Shown: in pieces, positions 34,981-48,068 of the stretch
Layout: each line of letters opens with the position of its first letter
Position numbering within the stretch: position 1 is the stretch's first letter
From: Eutreptiella sp. 'Long Island Sound 2002'
Lineage: Eukaryota > Protista > Euglenida
DNA length: 64,000 nt
Direction of reading: 5' to 3'
Assembly (NCBI GenBank): GCA_964036045.1
Contig: OZ038378.1
Coordinates: forward strand, 20,832,001 to 20,896,000
The notes under the pieces: model-generated
Told to the model about the DNA's origin: nothing
Seen by the model: the letters and a program-made list of their open reading frames with translations, nothing else
Database searches by the model: none
Made by a program: the position numbers and the translations under genes

Positions 34981-36499
34981 AACATTAACATGAAACACAA
35001 AAGCACAACTGTGCTGGTTGCAACTTGATGCTGCCAAACAGGGGGGGTCGGACCCGTGCAGGGGCTGCAAAACCTTGCTTGCCACCACCAGCTCGGTGAC
35101 CACAATCCTACCCAAACGTTAAAGCCCTTTAGCTCAATAGACTGCGGCAAGATGTGGACCTACCAAATCTGGTTGCACAAGGGTGGCCTACTTGGTGTGT
35201 CAAGCTCCACAGCCGCATGCAGATGTGCAGGATCATGGAGGGCCTCCAAGGGACCAAGCAAGGACCTGCAGCCGTGCACAGATAACGTCGATGGCTAAGC
35301 GCCGGTGCTGCAAGACGCTGTTAGTAAAGACACAGGTCATGTTTCGGAATGCTGGGTCCTGCACGTCCGACTTGCTGGCCGGGAGGCACGCCTCCACGCG
35401 CTCTGCAACACAATGCCAGTGAGTGAATGTGTGGAACAACACTGCGCTGCGGGGCAGTGCACTGGGAAGCGGAACCCTGTCGCATCGTGGAGCTTGCACT
35501 AGGCAGGAGAGGAGATCGCGGGGAACAGGTCTTCAGAGGGAGGGGCGATGCCGTGCAAGCCCCACATCCCATACAGCCCTCCACCCACCTCTCTGTGGCA
35601 GAGTTAGGGTCATCGCACGGCCATTGCCTCATGACCCTCGAACAGAAGGTCGATTTTAGTTGAAATGACAGACAAATGTCTTCGCCCCACCCACGCAGCC
35701 CCTTTACTCCCTCCCGCACCCCCATGAATGGCCCGATTACCACACAACCATCGAAGGTACCGCTTCAGATTTGCGCCCATCCCACAATTGCCCCGTCTCC
35801 GAGCAAGCGAAGCGGGTGACGGCCCGCCACTTGCGGCTCGTCAGGAGGGTCTGGCTCAGTTTTGGTCAACACTGACCAAGTTCAGCCCAACGGTATCCCA
35901 AACTGGACAGAGCAGGGGACCTGGCTGCAACACTCAAAGGGATGGCTTGCGTTGCTTGTTGCTGGGCCGCGTTCCTTCCCTGGCTCATGGCGTTGGATTT
36001 GGTAAGGCCACAGGTCAGTGCATCAGACCTCGAAATGGCGCCCGGTTCAGGACACCGGCAGCAAATTGTCCCGCAAACGCCCCGAGGGGGGCAACCCCTC
36101 GGTTCTGGACGCCATCTACCCCCCAACTAACTATTGGCCGGAGGCCCCCGGGGGGGGGGGGGGGGGGGGGGGGGGGGCGGATTGGGGGGGGGGGGGGGGG
36201 TCCGGGAGGGTCGGTTGGGGGGGGGGGGGGGGGGTCCAGGTGGGGCGATTTGGGGTGTTGTGGGGGGGGGGGGGGGGGGCAAAGGCTCCGCTTACTTCCC
36301 CTTGCCCTCCCTCTAACCATACCATCACCATAAACCTAACCCTAACCTTTGCAGCAACCTGGTTTGGCCATGCCAGCCATGTTGATTGGGCTGAACAAGA
36401 TCCCCCCATTTTCGTTCATGGCTGCTTTTGTTTGCCACATCATTGCTCTCCATTTTGGACCCCAACACTCACTCTGACCCTAGCCTAGGGTGAGATACA

Positions 36500-36540
36500 G
36501 GGCTAGGGCTAGGGTTAGGGTTAGGGTTAGGGTTAGGTGT
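36500..36540 (+). repeat. Interstitial telomere-like (TTAGGG)n/(CTAGGG)n
   Basis: AGGGCTAGGGCTAGGGTTAGGGTTAGGGTTAGGGTTAGG; opposite-orientation CCTAACCCTAACC at about 36334-36347. Confidence 0.8.
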
Positions 36541-38298
36541 AGGGATAGGAGTAGGCTGAGGATTGGGGGTGGGTGTTAGAGTCAAGGTTGGGTTTAAGGA
36601 TAGTGTTGGGGTGCAAATTGGACAAAATTTTCCTTAGGGCACCTTTGGTGTTCCTGGAGCATCGGGCGCCTTAGGCGCCCATGGACGCCTGGGGGCGACA
36701 ACTTTGGCAACTAACTGTTGGCCGAAGGCCCCTAGGGGGGGGGGGGGGGGGGGGGGGGCAGGGGTAGTTGGCGTCCTAGGACCCGCGGAGTCGCCCCCCC
36801 CCGGGGCAAACGCATAGCGCTAGTGTTGCCTTTTGAGGACCAGAAAATTTTAACCTGAGGCACCCCTCCTCCTTTTTCGCGACGACCAGCACTGTTTCGC
36901 CGTTTGACCACCGGGTGGTTGTTGCACAATGGTTTACCGCAAAAAAAGGGGGGGGGGGCGCCGTTTGACGAGGCGGTGATCGTTGCACACGACGGTCGTT
37001 GCGCAAAGGGGGAGGGAGGGGTTGTACCGCGAGCCCGTAGTTACAGGCACACCCGCCCTGGTCGTCATCCTATTTCTTGCTGGACACTTTTGATGAAAAT
37101 TTCTTCGGAATTCACAATCGCTGCCACTAAACGCCTGATTGACGACTCGCATTGGCAAACCTTTGCCCACCAGCGGTCCCCAGTCGGCATACAAACCACA
37201 CAAGCGTTTTGGTGGCAACCAGTCCAGGTCCAAGACCGAGGGGCCACCCCATGTGAAAGGACTGTCTGAGGACGAGTGGTACATGAGATTGGCTGCCCCC
37301 TCACAACTACTTCAAACGATCAGCACGTCGTGTTGATCGTCCCTGTTGCCCAGCGACCGGAGGAGGGGAAGAAGGTCCATTGTGGGGGCTTGCCCGGGAC
37401 GTCCTACCGAATGCCCCTGCAGTGCACTGCCAGCTCCAACCAGCGCACCACACGTGCAGCTGTTTGCTACCAACAAAACATTCATGTCTGAGGTGAGGGG
37501 AACCAGTTTCGTATAAAATTGATGATACCAATCACCGGAAATTGAACGAGCCAATTGTTGGAAGGCCTCCCCTCCTTTGGGCATTCTGGGACGACTCGGC
37601 CAGAAACACCCGACCACACCCACCCACAGGCCACAGAACCCCCCCACTCCACTCTACCGTACCCGAGCAAATATCTGTCTCAGACCGCACGAGGTGCCGC
37701 GCTCGGAGCTGTGCCGCATCGCTTCAGACGGGGTCCCTGGAGCTTCATGAAAGGAGGGTGGTCCACCGGGGGTCACATGAGCATGGGCCGTAGGCCCATG
37801 AAGATGTCAGCAAAGACCTCTGCGCCGATGAAATGGCAGAAGTGCGGGGGGTGGAGCGCCCAACGCCAACGGTCCGCCAAGGACTCCCAAGTCGAGCAGA
37901 TGCCGGTCCTTTTCACGAGCGGTGTGGACGGCCCCCTGTGCCGTGGTCCAACGCGTGCGCCCGACCGTACGTCCAAACAACGCAAGACTGCCCGGGCCAT
38001 CTCAATTTGTTTGGGGGGGGGGCTGAGACTTTTCCCGCAACACCTCCCGAGACGGGCCCACTATGCGCCCGTTGTGCGAAGACTGGGCAGTCGTACACCT
38101 CTCAATCTCCCCAACCCTCCATCTTCCCGACCGACACGCTTTCCGCGACGGTTCTGTGCGGACTGCGCAATGCTGCCGAGGTCGATGACCCACTCGTTGC
38201 TGATGACATCTGAGATGAGCGGGAGGGAGAGGCGTGGTTGTGGCGGTGATTCAGTGGTCGTGGGGGTAGCAGGGTAGCAGTCTCTGCAGTGTGCGAGT

Positions 38299-41284
38299 CG
38301 GTGGTGGTGGTGGTGGTGGTGGTGGTGGTGGTGGTGGTGGTGGTGGTGGTGAGTGAGTGAGTGAGTGAGTGAGTGAGGTCTCCCCTGTCCCAGTCGGGGG
38401 TACACTGCCAGCCCCAGGTTGCCGACTGCCCCGCAAGGTTCACAGCAGGTCCTCCTTCTTCTCGCCATCAGGGGTTGGCTGGGGGGCTGGAGCCTCAACC
38501 CAGGGACTGGCTGTCGCGGGAACCCATATCACACAGGGGGTTCACCGCTGCGGGTACTTGGCATGCAGAGGTACACCGAGCACAGTCGCCCCATTCTCAT
38601 GCTTCGTACCTGCTGATCATGCACCTTGCGTGTGTGGGCAGCCCACCTGACGGTGGTGGTGGTGGTTGTGGTGGTGGTGGTGGTGGTGGTTGTGGTGGTG
38701 GTGGTGGTGGTGGTGGTGGTGGTGGTGGTGGTGGTGGTGGTGGTGGTGGTGGTGGTGGTGGTGGTGGTGGTGGTGGTGGTGGTGGTGGTGGTGGTGGTGG
38801 TGGTGGTGGTGGTGGTGGTGGTGGTGGTGGTGGTGGTGGTGGTGGTGGTGGTGAAGGTGGTGGTGGTGGTGGTGGTGGTGGTGGTGAGTGAGTGAGTGAG
38901 TGAGTGAGGTCTCCCCTGTCCCAGTCGGGGGTACACTGCCAGCCCCAGGTTGCCGACTGCCCCGCAAGGTTCACAGCAGGTCCTCCTTCTTCTCGCCATC
39001 AGGGGTTGGCTGGGGGGCTGGAGCCTCAACCCAGGGACTGGCTGTCGCGGGAACCCTTATCACACAGGGGGTTCACCGCTGCGGGTACTTGGCATGCAGA
39101 GGTACACCGAGCACAGTCGCCCCATTCTCGTGCTTCGTACCTGCTGATCATGCACCTTGCGTGTGTGGGCAGCCCACCTGACGGTGGTGGGTGGTGAGTG
39201 AGTGAGTGAGTGAGTGAGGTCTCCCCTGTCCCAGTCGGGGGTACACTGCCAGCCCCAGGTTGCCGACTGCCCCGCAAGGTTCACAGCAGGTCCTCCTTCT
39301 TCTCGCCATCAGGGGTTGGCTGGTAGGCTGGAGCCTCAACCCAGGGACTGGCTGTCGCGGGAACCCATATCACACAGGGGGTTCACCGCTGCGGGTACTT
39401 GGCATGCAGAGGTACACCGAGCATAGTCGCCCCATTCTCATGCTTCGAACCTGCTGATCATGCACCTTGCGTGTGTGGGCAGCCCACCTGACGGTGGTGG
39501 TGGTGGTGGTGGTGGTGGTGGTTGTGGTGGTGGTGGTGGTGGTGGTGGTGGTGGTGGTGGTGGTGGTGGTGGTGGTGAGTGAGTGAGTGAGTGAGTGAGG
39601 TCTCCCCTGTCCCAGTCGGGGGTACACTGCCAGCCCGAGGTTGCCGACTGCCCCGCAAGGTTCACAGCAGGTCCTCCTTCTTCTCGCCATCAGGGGTTGG
39701 CTGGGGGGCTGGAGCCTCAACCCAGGGACTGGCTGTCGCGGGAACCCATATCACACAGGGGGTTCACCGCTGCGGGTACTTGGCATGCAGAGGTACACCG
39801 AGCACAGTCGCCCCATTCCCATGCTTCGTACCTGCTGATCATGCACCTTGCGTGTGTGGGCAGCCCACCTGACGGTGGTGGTGGTGGTTGTGGTGGTGGT
39901 GGTGGTGGTGGTGGTGGTGGTGGTGGTGGTGGTGGTGGTGGTGGTGGTGGTGGTGGTGAGTGAGTGAGTGAGTGAGTGAGTGAGGTCTCCCCTGTCCCAG
40001 TCGGGGGTACACTGCCAGCCCCAGGTTGCCGACTGCCCCGCAAGGTTCACAGCAGGTCCTCCTTCTTCTCGCCATCAGGGGTTGGCTGGGGGGCTGGAGC
40101 CTCAACCCAGGGACTGGCTGTCGCGGGAACCCATATCACACAGGGGGTTCACCGCTGCGGGTACTTGGCATGCAGAGGTACACCGAGCACAGTCGCCCCA
40201 TTCTCATGCTTCGTACCTGCTGATCATGCACCTTGCGTGTGTGGGCAGCCCACCTGACGGTGGTGGTGGTGGTTGTGGTGGTGGTGGTGGTGGTGGTTGT
40301 GGTGGTGGTGGTGGTGGTGGTGGTGGTGGTGGTGGTGGTGGTGGTGGTGGTGGTGGTGGTGGTGGTGGTGGTGGTGGTGGTGGTGGTGGTGGTGGTGGTG
40401 GTGGTGGTGGTGGTGGTGGTGGTGGTGGTGGTGGTGGTGAAGGTGGTGGTGGTGGTGGTGGTGGTGGTGGTGGTGGTGGTGAGTGAGTGAGTGAGTGAGT
40501 GAGGTCTCCCCTGTCCCAGTCGGGGGTACACTGCCAGCCCCAGGTTGCCGACTGCCCCGCAAGGTTCACAGCAGGTCCTCCTTCTTCTCGCCATCAGGGG
40601 TTGGCTGGGGGGCTGGAGCCTCAACCCAGGGACTGGCTGTCGCGGGAACCCATATCACACAGGGGGTTCACCGCTGCGGGTACTTGGCATGCAGAGGTAC
40701 ACCGAGCACAGTCGCCCCATTCCCATGCTTCGTACCTGCTGATCATGCACCTTGCGTGTGTGGGCAGCCCACCTGACGGTGGTGGTGGTGGTTGTGGTGG
40801 TGGTGGTGGTGGTGGTGGTGGTGGTGGTGGTGGTGGTGGTGGTGGTGGTGGTGGTGGTGGTGAGTGAGTGAGTGAGTGAGTGAGTGAGGTCTCCCCTGTC
40901 CCAGTCGGGGGTACACTGCCAGCCCCAGGTTGCCGACTGCCCCGCAAGGTTCACAGCAGGTCCTCCTTCTTCTCGCCATCAGGGGTTGGCTGGGGGGCTG
41001 GAGCCTCAACCCAGGGACTGGCTGTCGCGGGAACCCATATCACACAGGGGGTTCACCGCTGCGGGTACTTGGCATGCAGAGGTACACCGAGCACAGTCGC
41101 CCCATTCTCATGCTTCGTACCTGCTGATCATGCACCTTGCGTGTGTGGGCAGCCCACCTGACGGTGGTGGTGGTGGTTGTGGTGGCGGTGGTGGTGGTGG
41201 TGGTGGTGGTGGTGGTGGTGGTGGTGGTGGTGGTGGTGGTGGTGGTGGTGGTGGTGGTGGTGGTGGTGGTGGTGGTGGTGGTGG
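38299..41284. repeat. Composite satellite: seven 277-bp units separated by (GGT)n(GAGT)n tracts
   Basis: Near-identical units at 38375, 38906, 39216, 39597, 39982, 40501 and 40886, with spacers of 254, 33, 104, 108, 242 and 108 bp. Confidence 0.97.
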
Positions 41285-41289
41285 GCAGG

Positions 41290-41854
41290 ACGAATGAATG
41301 CGAAACCTTGTCGCATCCTTGTGGGCGACAGTTGTGCAGCGGACCTCACTGCGAGGGGCGTGATTGCACGCGATGGGCGGTGGCATAGGCCGTGTGGGTA
41401 CGGCAGGCCGAGGAGGGAGTGGTGCGTACGGGAAATGGGATTAAGCATCGATACGGACATCATGTCCGAAAGCAGCACACAGACAGACATCGAGCGCGAC
41501 GCTGTAAACACATATGCCCAACGACCAGCGCGGCGATAATGCCATGGCTTTACGCTGCCATGAGCTGCACGGCCTCGGCACCTCACATGTGATGATTTGT
41601 TTATCTGACAATGACTCATGTTCATCCGACAGTGTTCTGCAAAGTTTTCAAGGTTCTGGGTCATACCTCTCTCAGTGGCCACGTCGGCAGACACATTGAC
41701 CATGGGATTGGTATGCGAAGCCAGCTGGTCATTGTGTTCATTTCAGAGGCAGGGCGAAAGAACGCGCACAGCGGTACAATTGGACATCAAGAGGGAAGCG
41801 CCTACATTCTGTCAACCTTTTGCACCTTTCCAGTTCCGGTGGTGGTTTGCAACA

Positions 41855-41885
<31 letters not shown>

Positions 41886-42320
41886 TGACGCGCACAAAGC
41901 AGTCTACTGGAAAACGCACAACAACACTAAAAGCCAAAACGACACCGGACAAGACTGCCAGCGACAGCAGATGAAAACCAAACAAATGAACAGCACCGGC
42001 ACAATTTTGCCGCCAAGACACTGCCACGCACGCTGCCGGTCACCCCAACCATGTGGCAATGGCGTTGGCCCGAGCGCCAAACTTATCATCTTCATAGCAT
42101 TGCACCGGACTCCAGCTGCACAATCACGATGAACGCGTACACTGCGACCGTGAGCAGTTTCAGAAACAGACTCGGACACAACTGGATTGCGATTGCCGGT
42201 GTTGCGATGCTCAGGACCACGTGACGACCCTTTCGCAGCTGGTACGAAAACTCTACGGCCCCGGTGCTTCGTTTTCCGGCCTGCACATGCACCAGTTCTC
42301 TTTGCACAACGCGTAACACC
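41290..42320 (-). CDS. Cluster of probable host exons (includes hydrophobic segments)
   Basis: Protein-like open stretches VQAGKRSTGAVEFSYQLRKGRHVVLSIATPAIAIQLCPSLFLKLLTVAVYAFIVIV and VSADVATERGMTQNLENFAEHCRMNMSHCQINK. Boundaries not resolved. Confidence 0.45.
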
Positions 42321-43485
42321 GAAAAAAAAAAGTCTGCCGAGGCGATTCAATCAATCAACACAAACCAGGGGCCCGTCTACCGCGCTCTGGCCAACACTTC
42401 TGAATGTTCCACTCCAGCGACAATGTCTCTGCAGAGCTCAAGAATCATGTTTTTGTTGTCCGACTCAAGGGTGGGGGGATGGGGGGACTTGGCCCCTGGG
42501 GACGGCCGTGCATGTTCTTGTTTGGGGCAGGGGTTTGCATCAGCCCGAAAAACCAGCGAGTTTGACTCCGCATACACACGCACGCACGCACACGCGGATG
42601 CACGTACACAGAGACGCGCGCGCGCACACACACACACCCGCAGGACACGACCTGCAGTACAATACAAAACGGTGGGTGTGCACACGCACACACACACATA
42701 CGCATACACAACCATTTGTATGCGCAGCGAATCAAATGCGAGTCACGCCGGGTGCAAGGGGCATACCCACCAAAAACTTGACATGCAGCACTCTTGAATG
42801 CAGCTGCCTGATGGCCCGCTTCGTGACGGCGACTGTGAGCAGATGCAAACAAGAACTGAAGCGGCAGCTGCTCCTAGAGCACAGGGACACTGCGCGCACT
42901 GGGGGAATGGCGGGGGTGCGGGGCTTTCAATGCGGTGCGCACAACCGATGTTTGCCGGCCTGGGGGGATTGCATCTGAGGCAAGCGGATGGAGCGGGGCA
43001 TTGCGCGTGGCCAATACAACGGTGACACCATGACGAATGGCGTGAAAACTCGAACATAAAAGAGGAGGAGGAGGAGGAGAGGAGCTGTTAAATGTGGATT
43101 ACTCTTTGTCGGGAACACGGTCAGACAGGCAGAACGAACACTTTCCGTATGCCCACCGCTAGACCAGAGGTGGCTGGCACTCATGGCACCTGAGGACAGG
43201 TATACGAGCCCCCCGCACCAGCAGCTATGGTCTGGTCCGGTCGCATACCAAAATAGCCCCACATCACATTCCACGCGGGCATGAAGCTGGAAATGTAACC
43301 CACAAGACTGTGTTTGGGAGTTGAGCATGATACGCCTGAAGCACCAGCTCGGCTCTACAAAGGGCTTTGGGGGGGGGGTTTGTTGTTAAACCTGACATAA
43401 CAAAGTGCAGGCACAACTTTGGGACAACACCGGCCGCTGAAAGAGGGGTCCGTATTGTGCAGGGGAACAAAAAGGTGTCCCTCAC

Positions 43486-43550
43486 ATGTCGCACTGACGC
43501 CAGTGCTCTAGCTTCTTCTTGAGCTCTAGCTTCTGCTCAAGCTCTCCGTC
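43486..43550 (-). CDS. Exon of host gene
   Basis: aatcag|DGELEQKLELKKKLEHWRQCD|gtgagg. Confidence 0.65.
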
Positions 43551-44499
43551 CTGATTGTGACAGTGACTCAAGCTCTGATTCCAGCAATTCTTCAGCTTCA
43601 GCTACCGATTGAAATGCCGATGTGTTGGGTGCCAAAATCAAGCCTCCGTGACGTGTTGCATGGCAGCCGGAATTGACGTGGAGTGGTGTGCCGTTGAACA
43701 AATATTCGTACTCCCCATGGCATTGACAGGCCTTGTTTGTTTGGTGGGCGATTTGTGGCCCACTGTGGGGTCTTGGTGTTAGTGGCTGGGAACGGGTCCA
43801 CAGCATGGCAGGAGGGGGGGGGGGGGGTTCAGGAATGGGCTTCTGTGCCACCGCCCCGTTCTTGAGCATTTTGGTTACTACTCTGAAGAAAAGGCAAAAT
43901 GCGGAATGCAGGGGCACAGTGGCCCACTGGGCCTGCAATGAATTCCACATTTTAAAGCGACACCGGCTCCTGCACATGCATCGGGATGTACTCGATGCCA
44001 CAAAAGAGGGGCTGCGCATTTCGCAGAACGCAGTTTCACAAACGCCACAAACGCCACCCCCCCCCCCCCCCGAACAATAGAGCGATGAGTGTGCAGTGCT
44101 GAGGAGAAATGCTGAGTAAATGGGCCACACTCACGTGCTTCTGGTCCACACCCTACCGGATTGCATCAGTGAAGCAGTGGTGCCGATGCAGGACACGGGA
44201 CACGCAGGCACACAGACCAGGCCATTGCTTACGGCCCCCCCGGGGGGAGGGGAGGGGGTCGTTCCGGGTTCACATCAGAAAAGTTTTCCTCTGAGATATA
44301 AATGAAATTTTCTCGAGGGGCCCGAAATTGGAGACTGATTTTTGGTACATAAACTTTTTCTGGCGTCGGGTTTCTGCCACCAAGCAACGGCCTGACACAC
44401 AGACACACAGACACACAGACACAAACTGCAGGCATCACGCGCACCCCTGACACACAACAACACGCAACTCCACCAACACACGCAGCGAACATATCACAC

Positions 44500-44733
44500 A
44501 CCCGTGGATTCCTTTTGTGCGTCTCGGGTGGCCAGTGCCTCTGCCATGTCGCGCAGCATGCACCCCTCCAGCACGCATTGCTCTATCTGGTCCACAATCC
44601 CTTGCTCTTCCATCGCCTTTGATGCTTCCTGCACATAGTGCGTCCACAGAGGCAGGGCGCACGTCCGCAGACAGCGGCAATTTGCTGAAGACCGATGGCT
44701 ACTGCAGGCATCGGCCGTGTAGAAGGCAAAGCG
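44500..44733 (-). CDS. Exon of host gene
   Basis: ...RTCALPLWTHYVQEASKAMEEQGIVDQIEQCVLEGCMLRDMAEALATRDAQKEST; boundaries approximate. Confidence 0.65.
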
Positions 44734-45694
44734 CTGCAGTTTGCAGACCCTGACCACTGTTCAGACCGCACTGCACCGTTCGCATGCTCGTTTTCTTAGG
44801 GGTTGTCAGTCCGTTACGCCAAAGCACTGCCCATGCCCACCGACTTCCGATGAAAGACTGTTTGTTGTGGTCTTCCAACCCCCGAAAATGCTGTCGATAA
44901 AACTCGCATGCCTTCCGGATCCGTAATTGACACCAGGGCCACGGCGATGCGCCGAACCCAACAACAAAAAGAGCGTCAGCTTCATGGCAATCCCGCCACT
45001 GAGCACCGCCGAAAATTGCACTTAGCAATCCCAGCGATGATTTCGTTGGTTGCCATTCTGTTGTTTGGTGGTCAGGGTTCCGAGGGACGGTGTTCGTCAG
45101 GTGGGTCATAGGTCCCCACGAGGATGGCCGCCGGTGTTGGGGGCTGTGGTGTGATAATGGGACTGGCACAGGTCAGCACGCGGGACGCGGGACTCGTCAG
45201 TGCCACACGAGGGGCGAAGAAGAGGGAGCCAGGGGCACACGCGGCGGCAGAGACTGAAGACCATCAGAACGAAGCCCCTTCCACCCCTCGAGCCCCCCTC
45301 ATGCCCCGATGCCCATGGAGCACAGTTTAACCGCCCCCCCCCCCCCCCAGCCCGAACGCTCGTTGGTGGAGGGCCAACACCGGGGGTTGGGGCTGAGGCA
45401 ATAAGCACAAACACGGGCCAGCACATGAGCCGCAGCCCGAGGCATGACACCAGAAAATCACCACAAATCACGAACCACAATTTTCGGGCATTGGACGGGG
45501 TGGGGGCCTGGGTGGGCTCCTCCAAGACGTTTGGACCATCCATTTGCCAGCACTATACTCCACACCATCCGGTGAGGCTTGAACATTTCTGCCGCATTCC
45601 CCAGTGACCGTATTACAAAAAAAAGGACCCCATCCGCCACCTCCACCGCACACTCTTCACAGCCCTCGCACGGCCCCACACCCAAGCTGCACAC

Positions 45695-45927
45695 CGCGCT
45701 TTCATTGCGTGGAGGATTGGCCTGGCGAACGCACTCCATCGCGGCCTCGACGCGCTGTTTGACGCCCTCTGCCTTGCCCTGCATCCAGTTCAAGATCAAA
45801 CGGGCATTCTGCAGGACGTAGGGCTGGGGCGTCGGGGCATTGGCGGCCGTGCGCAGCGCTGCCTTGTTCTGGATCTGCCCCACAACGACATCCGTGAGGC
45901 CCTTTTCCCAGGCCTGTTCCAGCAGCT
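45695..45927 (-). CDS. Exon of host gene
   Basis: ccttag|(E)LLEQAWEKGLTDVVVGQIQNKAALRTAANAPTPQPYVLQNARLILNWMQGKAEGVKQRVEAAMECVRQA...; phase-compatible with the 46333 donor. The 3' donor is tentative. Confidence 0.75.
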
Positions 45928-46332
45928 CTAAGGCACCGCAGAAGAGGGCAGAGAGAAAGAGGGGGGGCTGTAGCCAGCTGGAGCCCGTGCAGAGGCATGT
46001 GTACTGTCATCTCCACCCAAACGCCCGGCACCTGCCCTGCGACCCTCAAGTTCAGCCATCCCCACTGCGATGCTCACCCCACGGCAGGAGGCCTCTCTAC
46101 TGTGCATTTGTACCGCGGCCCCTGACCCACTTCAAGCATCTGCATCAGGCATGCAGCCCGTCTTCCACGATGGGCCAACACAGACGCATGACGTGGGTGC
46201 TTTTGCTCTGTACACGGTCGCCTGCAGTGCGTGTTCAAACAGCATCGGAGAATGCGACTCACACTAGCCCTTGCGCTGGCACATTGGCACTCGCTCTTGC
46301 ACCGCCAGGGCCACACACCAGCAGCGACATAC

Positions 46333-46468
46333 CAGTGACTGCGACCTCGCTGTTGCGTTTGTCGAGGATCTCCATCACTCTCGTCTTGTCAACAATCTGC
46401 ATCATTTCCCTCGGAAACGCCGAGGCCCTGCAATCAACCAACCTATCAGCCAACCGCTCTTCCGATGT
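46333..46468 (-). CDS. Exon of host gene
   Basis: cttgcag|TSEERLADRLVDCRASAFPREMMQIVDKTRVMEILDKRNSEVAVT+G|gtatgt. Confidence 0.78.
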
Positions 46469-47312
46469 CTGCAAGGTACAATGAGCGTCTGCAAATCACT
46501 GCTCCGCCGCAGCTGTGCGCGCCCACACGGTCCGAGCTCCGAGGAAACCAAACAACAAAAAAAACCTCGACCCGGCGACAAAATGATCGTGCACGAGTAG
46601 TGGATGCCTGTGCCCTGCCACAGGTGCCGGGAAACGTCTGATGGAGCCCGGCAGAGCCTCTCAGATTGACACGGCCCCTGCTGGAGGCCAATGCAGGTAC
46701 ACACCGTTCCCGGGACAGCGTATGGGGTCGTCCACTTTGCGGAATGGGTTGAATTGCTTAGATGCCCGAGAGAAAGCCAAGGCGATGCGTTTGAAGACAG
46801 CGATTGCCAAAGCACAAATTGACGAAGCTTTCAAGTTCGGTACCAAAACGTCAAGAGAGAATGGGCCTTTTCGTGATGTGGCATGCGATGGCTGTGACAC
46901 TGTGACACTGTGGCTGGGGGATGGGTGAGGAGGGGGGCTGGGGGGTGTCGCATACAAGAACAGGGCACGACCAACTAATTCCAATTTATACAAAAATGCA
47001 TTTCGTGCCCGTATGTGCTTCTACGTTGTCAAAAAATGCCTACTTTTGTGTCCATGCATGCTTTCTGTTTTTTTTTTTGGTTCGTTGTCCACAAATATAT
47101 TTGTTGGCCTTCCAACATGCTTTTTGCAATCCCAATTCACACAAAACAACCCCGTGGTTTTGCCAGCCCATCATACATGCTGCAGAAAGGGGTGATGCGG
47201 GTTGCAGAGAATTCTCTGTGACCCCCAAGCCCAAGCCGAGCCAACAGTAGTTGGGTAAGAGGGCATCCTAAATGAAAATGGGTCCTGCGCTGTGGTGGCC
47301 TGGACACAACAC

Positions 47313-47420
47313 CTGGTATCGTAACTGGAACACGGATTTGGATGTGAACAGCACCACCGTGAAGACCTCTGGAGAGGAGACCGACTCCGGTGGGATGTGC
47401 ATTGCCTTGACATCTGCGAT
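47313..47420 (-). CDS. Exon of host gene
   Basis: cctcag|IADVKAMHIPPESVSSPEVFTVVLFTSKSVFQLRYQ|gtgttg; 108 nt, phase 0/0. Confidence 0.75.
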
Positions 47421-47884
47421 CTGAGGACGATGATGATGGACACCCACACGCAGAGGCCCATGGTGGGGCACACTAGGAAACGACAAACAGACGAACGAAG
47501 AAATGCGCCGAGGGTGTCGTGCCCACGACGCGGCGTTGGAAAGCAATGCGGGGGAAGTACAAGTGTCGAGGCAATGGTTGCTGCCGGGCTGTAGGCAATG
47601 GGGCCAGGGCGTGTCCCAGAGCATGACAGAAGGCTGAACAATGACCGACCATCATGTGCCGTGTTTGTCTGTGGGGGGTGGACTGGAGTCTCGTTGCGAG
47701 GCGCCTGCCTCCTTCAGGAGGGGTCAGGTGACCCCCCACCCCCATTCCATCGGCACGGCATTGCGTTTCTGCCTTGGTGGACGGTGTCCCTGGCAGACAT
47801 CTGCTTTGACGGCACGGCTCTGCCTGACCCTTGTTGGTTTGCACTTGGTTTGTGCCCTCTTCCCCCCTCCGCCCCTTGTGTGAC

Positions 47885-48068
47885 ATTCCGTCTGGTTTTT
47901 GTTCCTTTACGGGGCCCTAGACAGTCACCCGTCCTTCCCTTCTCATGTTGCGTCGGGTCGCTGCTTTCTGTTGGCCGCTGCGGCCGGTGCTCTTGCTGGT
48001 GTCGTTTCCGCGTTCACGGAGCCCAGTCGTTGGTGTGTTGGGGCTGTGCTGTGTGGCATGCTGTGCCC
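47885..48068 (+). repeat. Dispersed SINE-like repeat, copy 2
   Basis: Homologous to 26108-26295. Confidence 0.8.

Noticed and set aside
34327-35115. Long ORFs such as MVWYG/CYAML repeats; also the TLHYT, poly-T/H/P/G/V/W and CV/HT ORFs elsewhere
   Set aside because: They are translations of microsatellites that lack stop codons in several frames.
38299-41284. CRISPR-like repeat/spacer array
   Set aside because: The repeats are 277 bp and the spacers are pure microsatellite rather than unique sequence; no cas genes; eukaryotic context.
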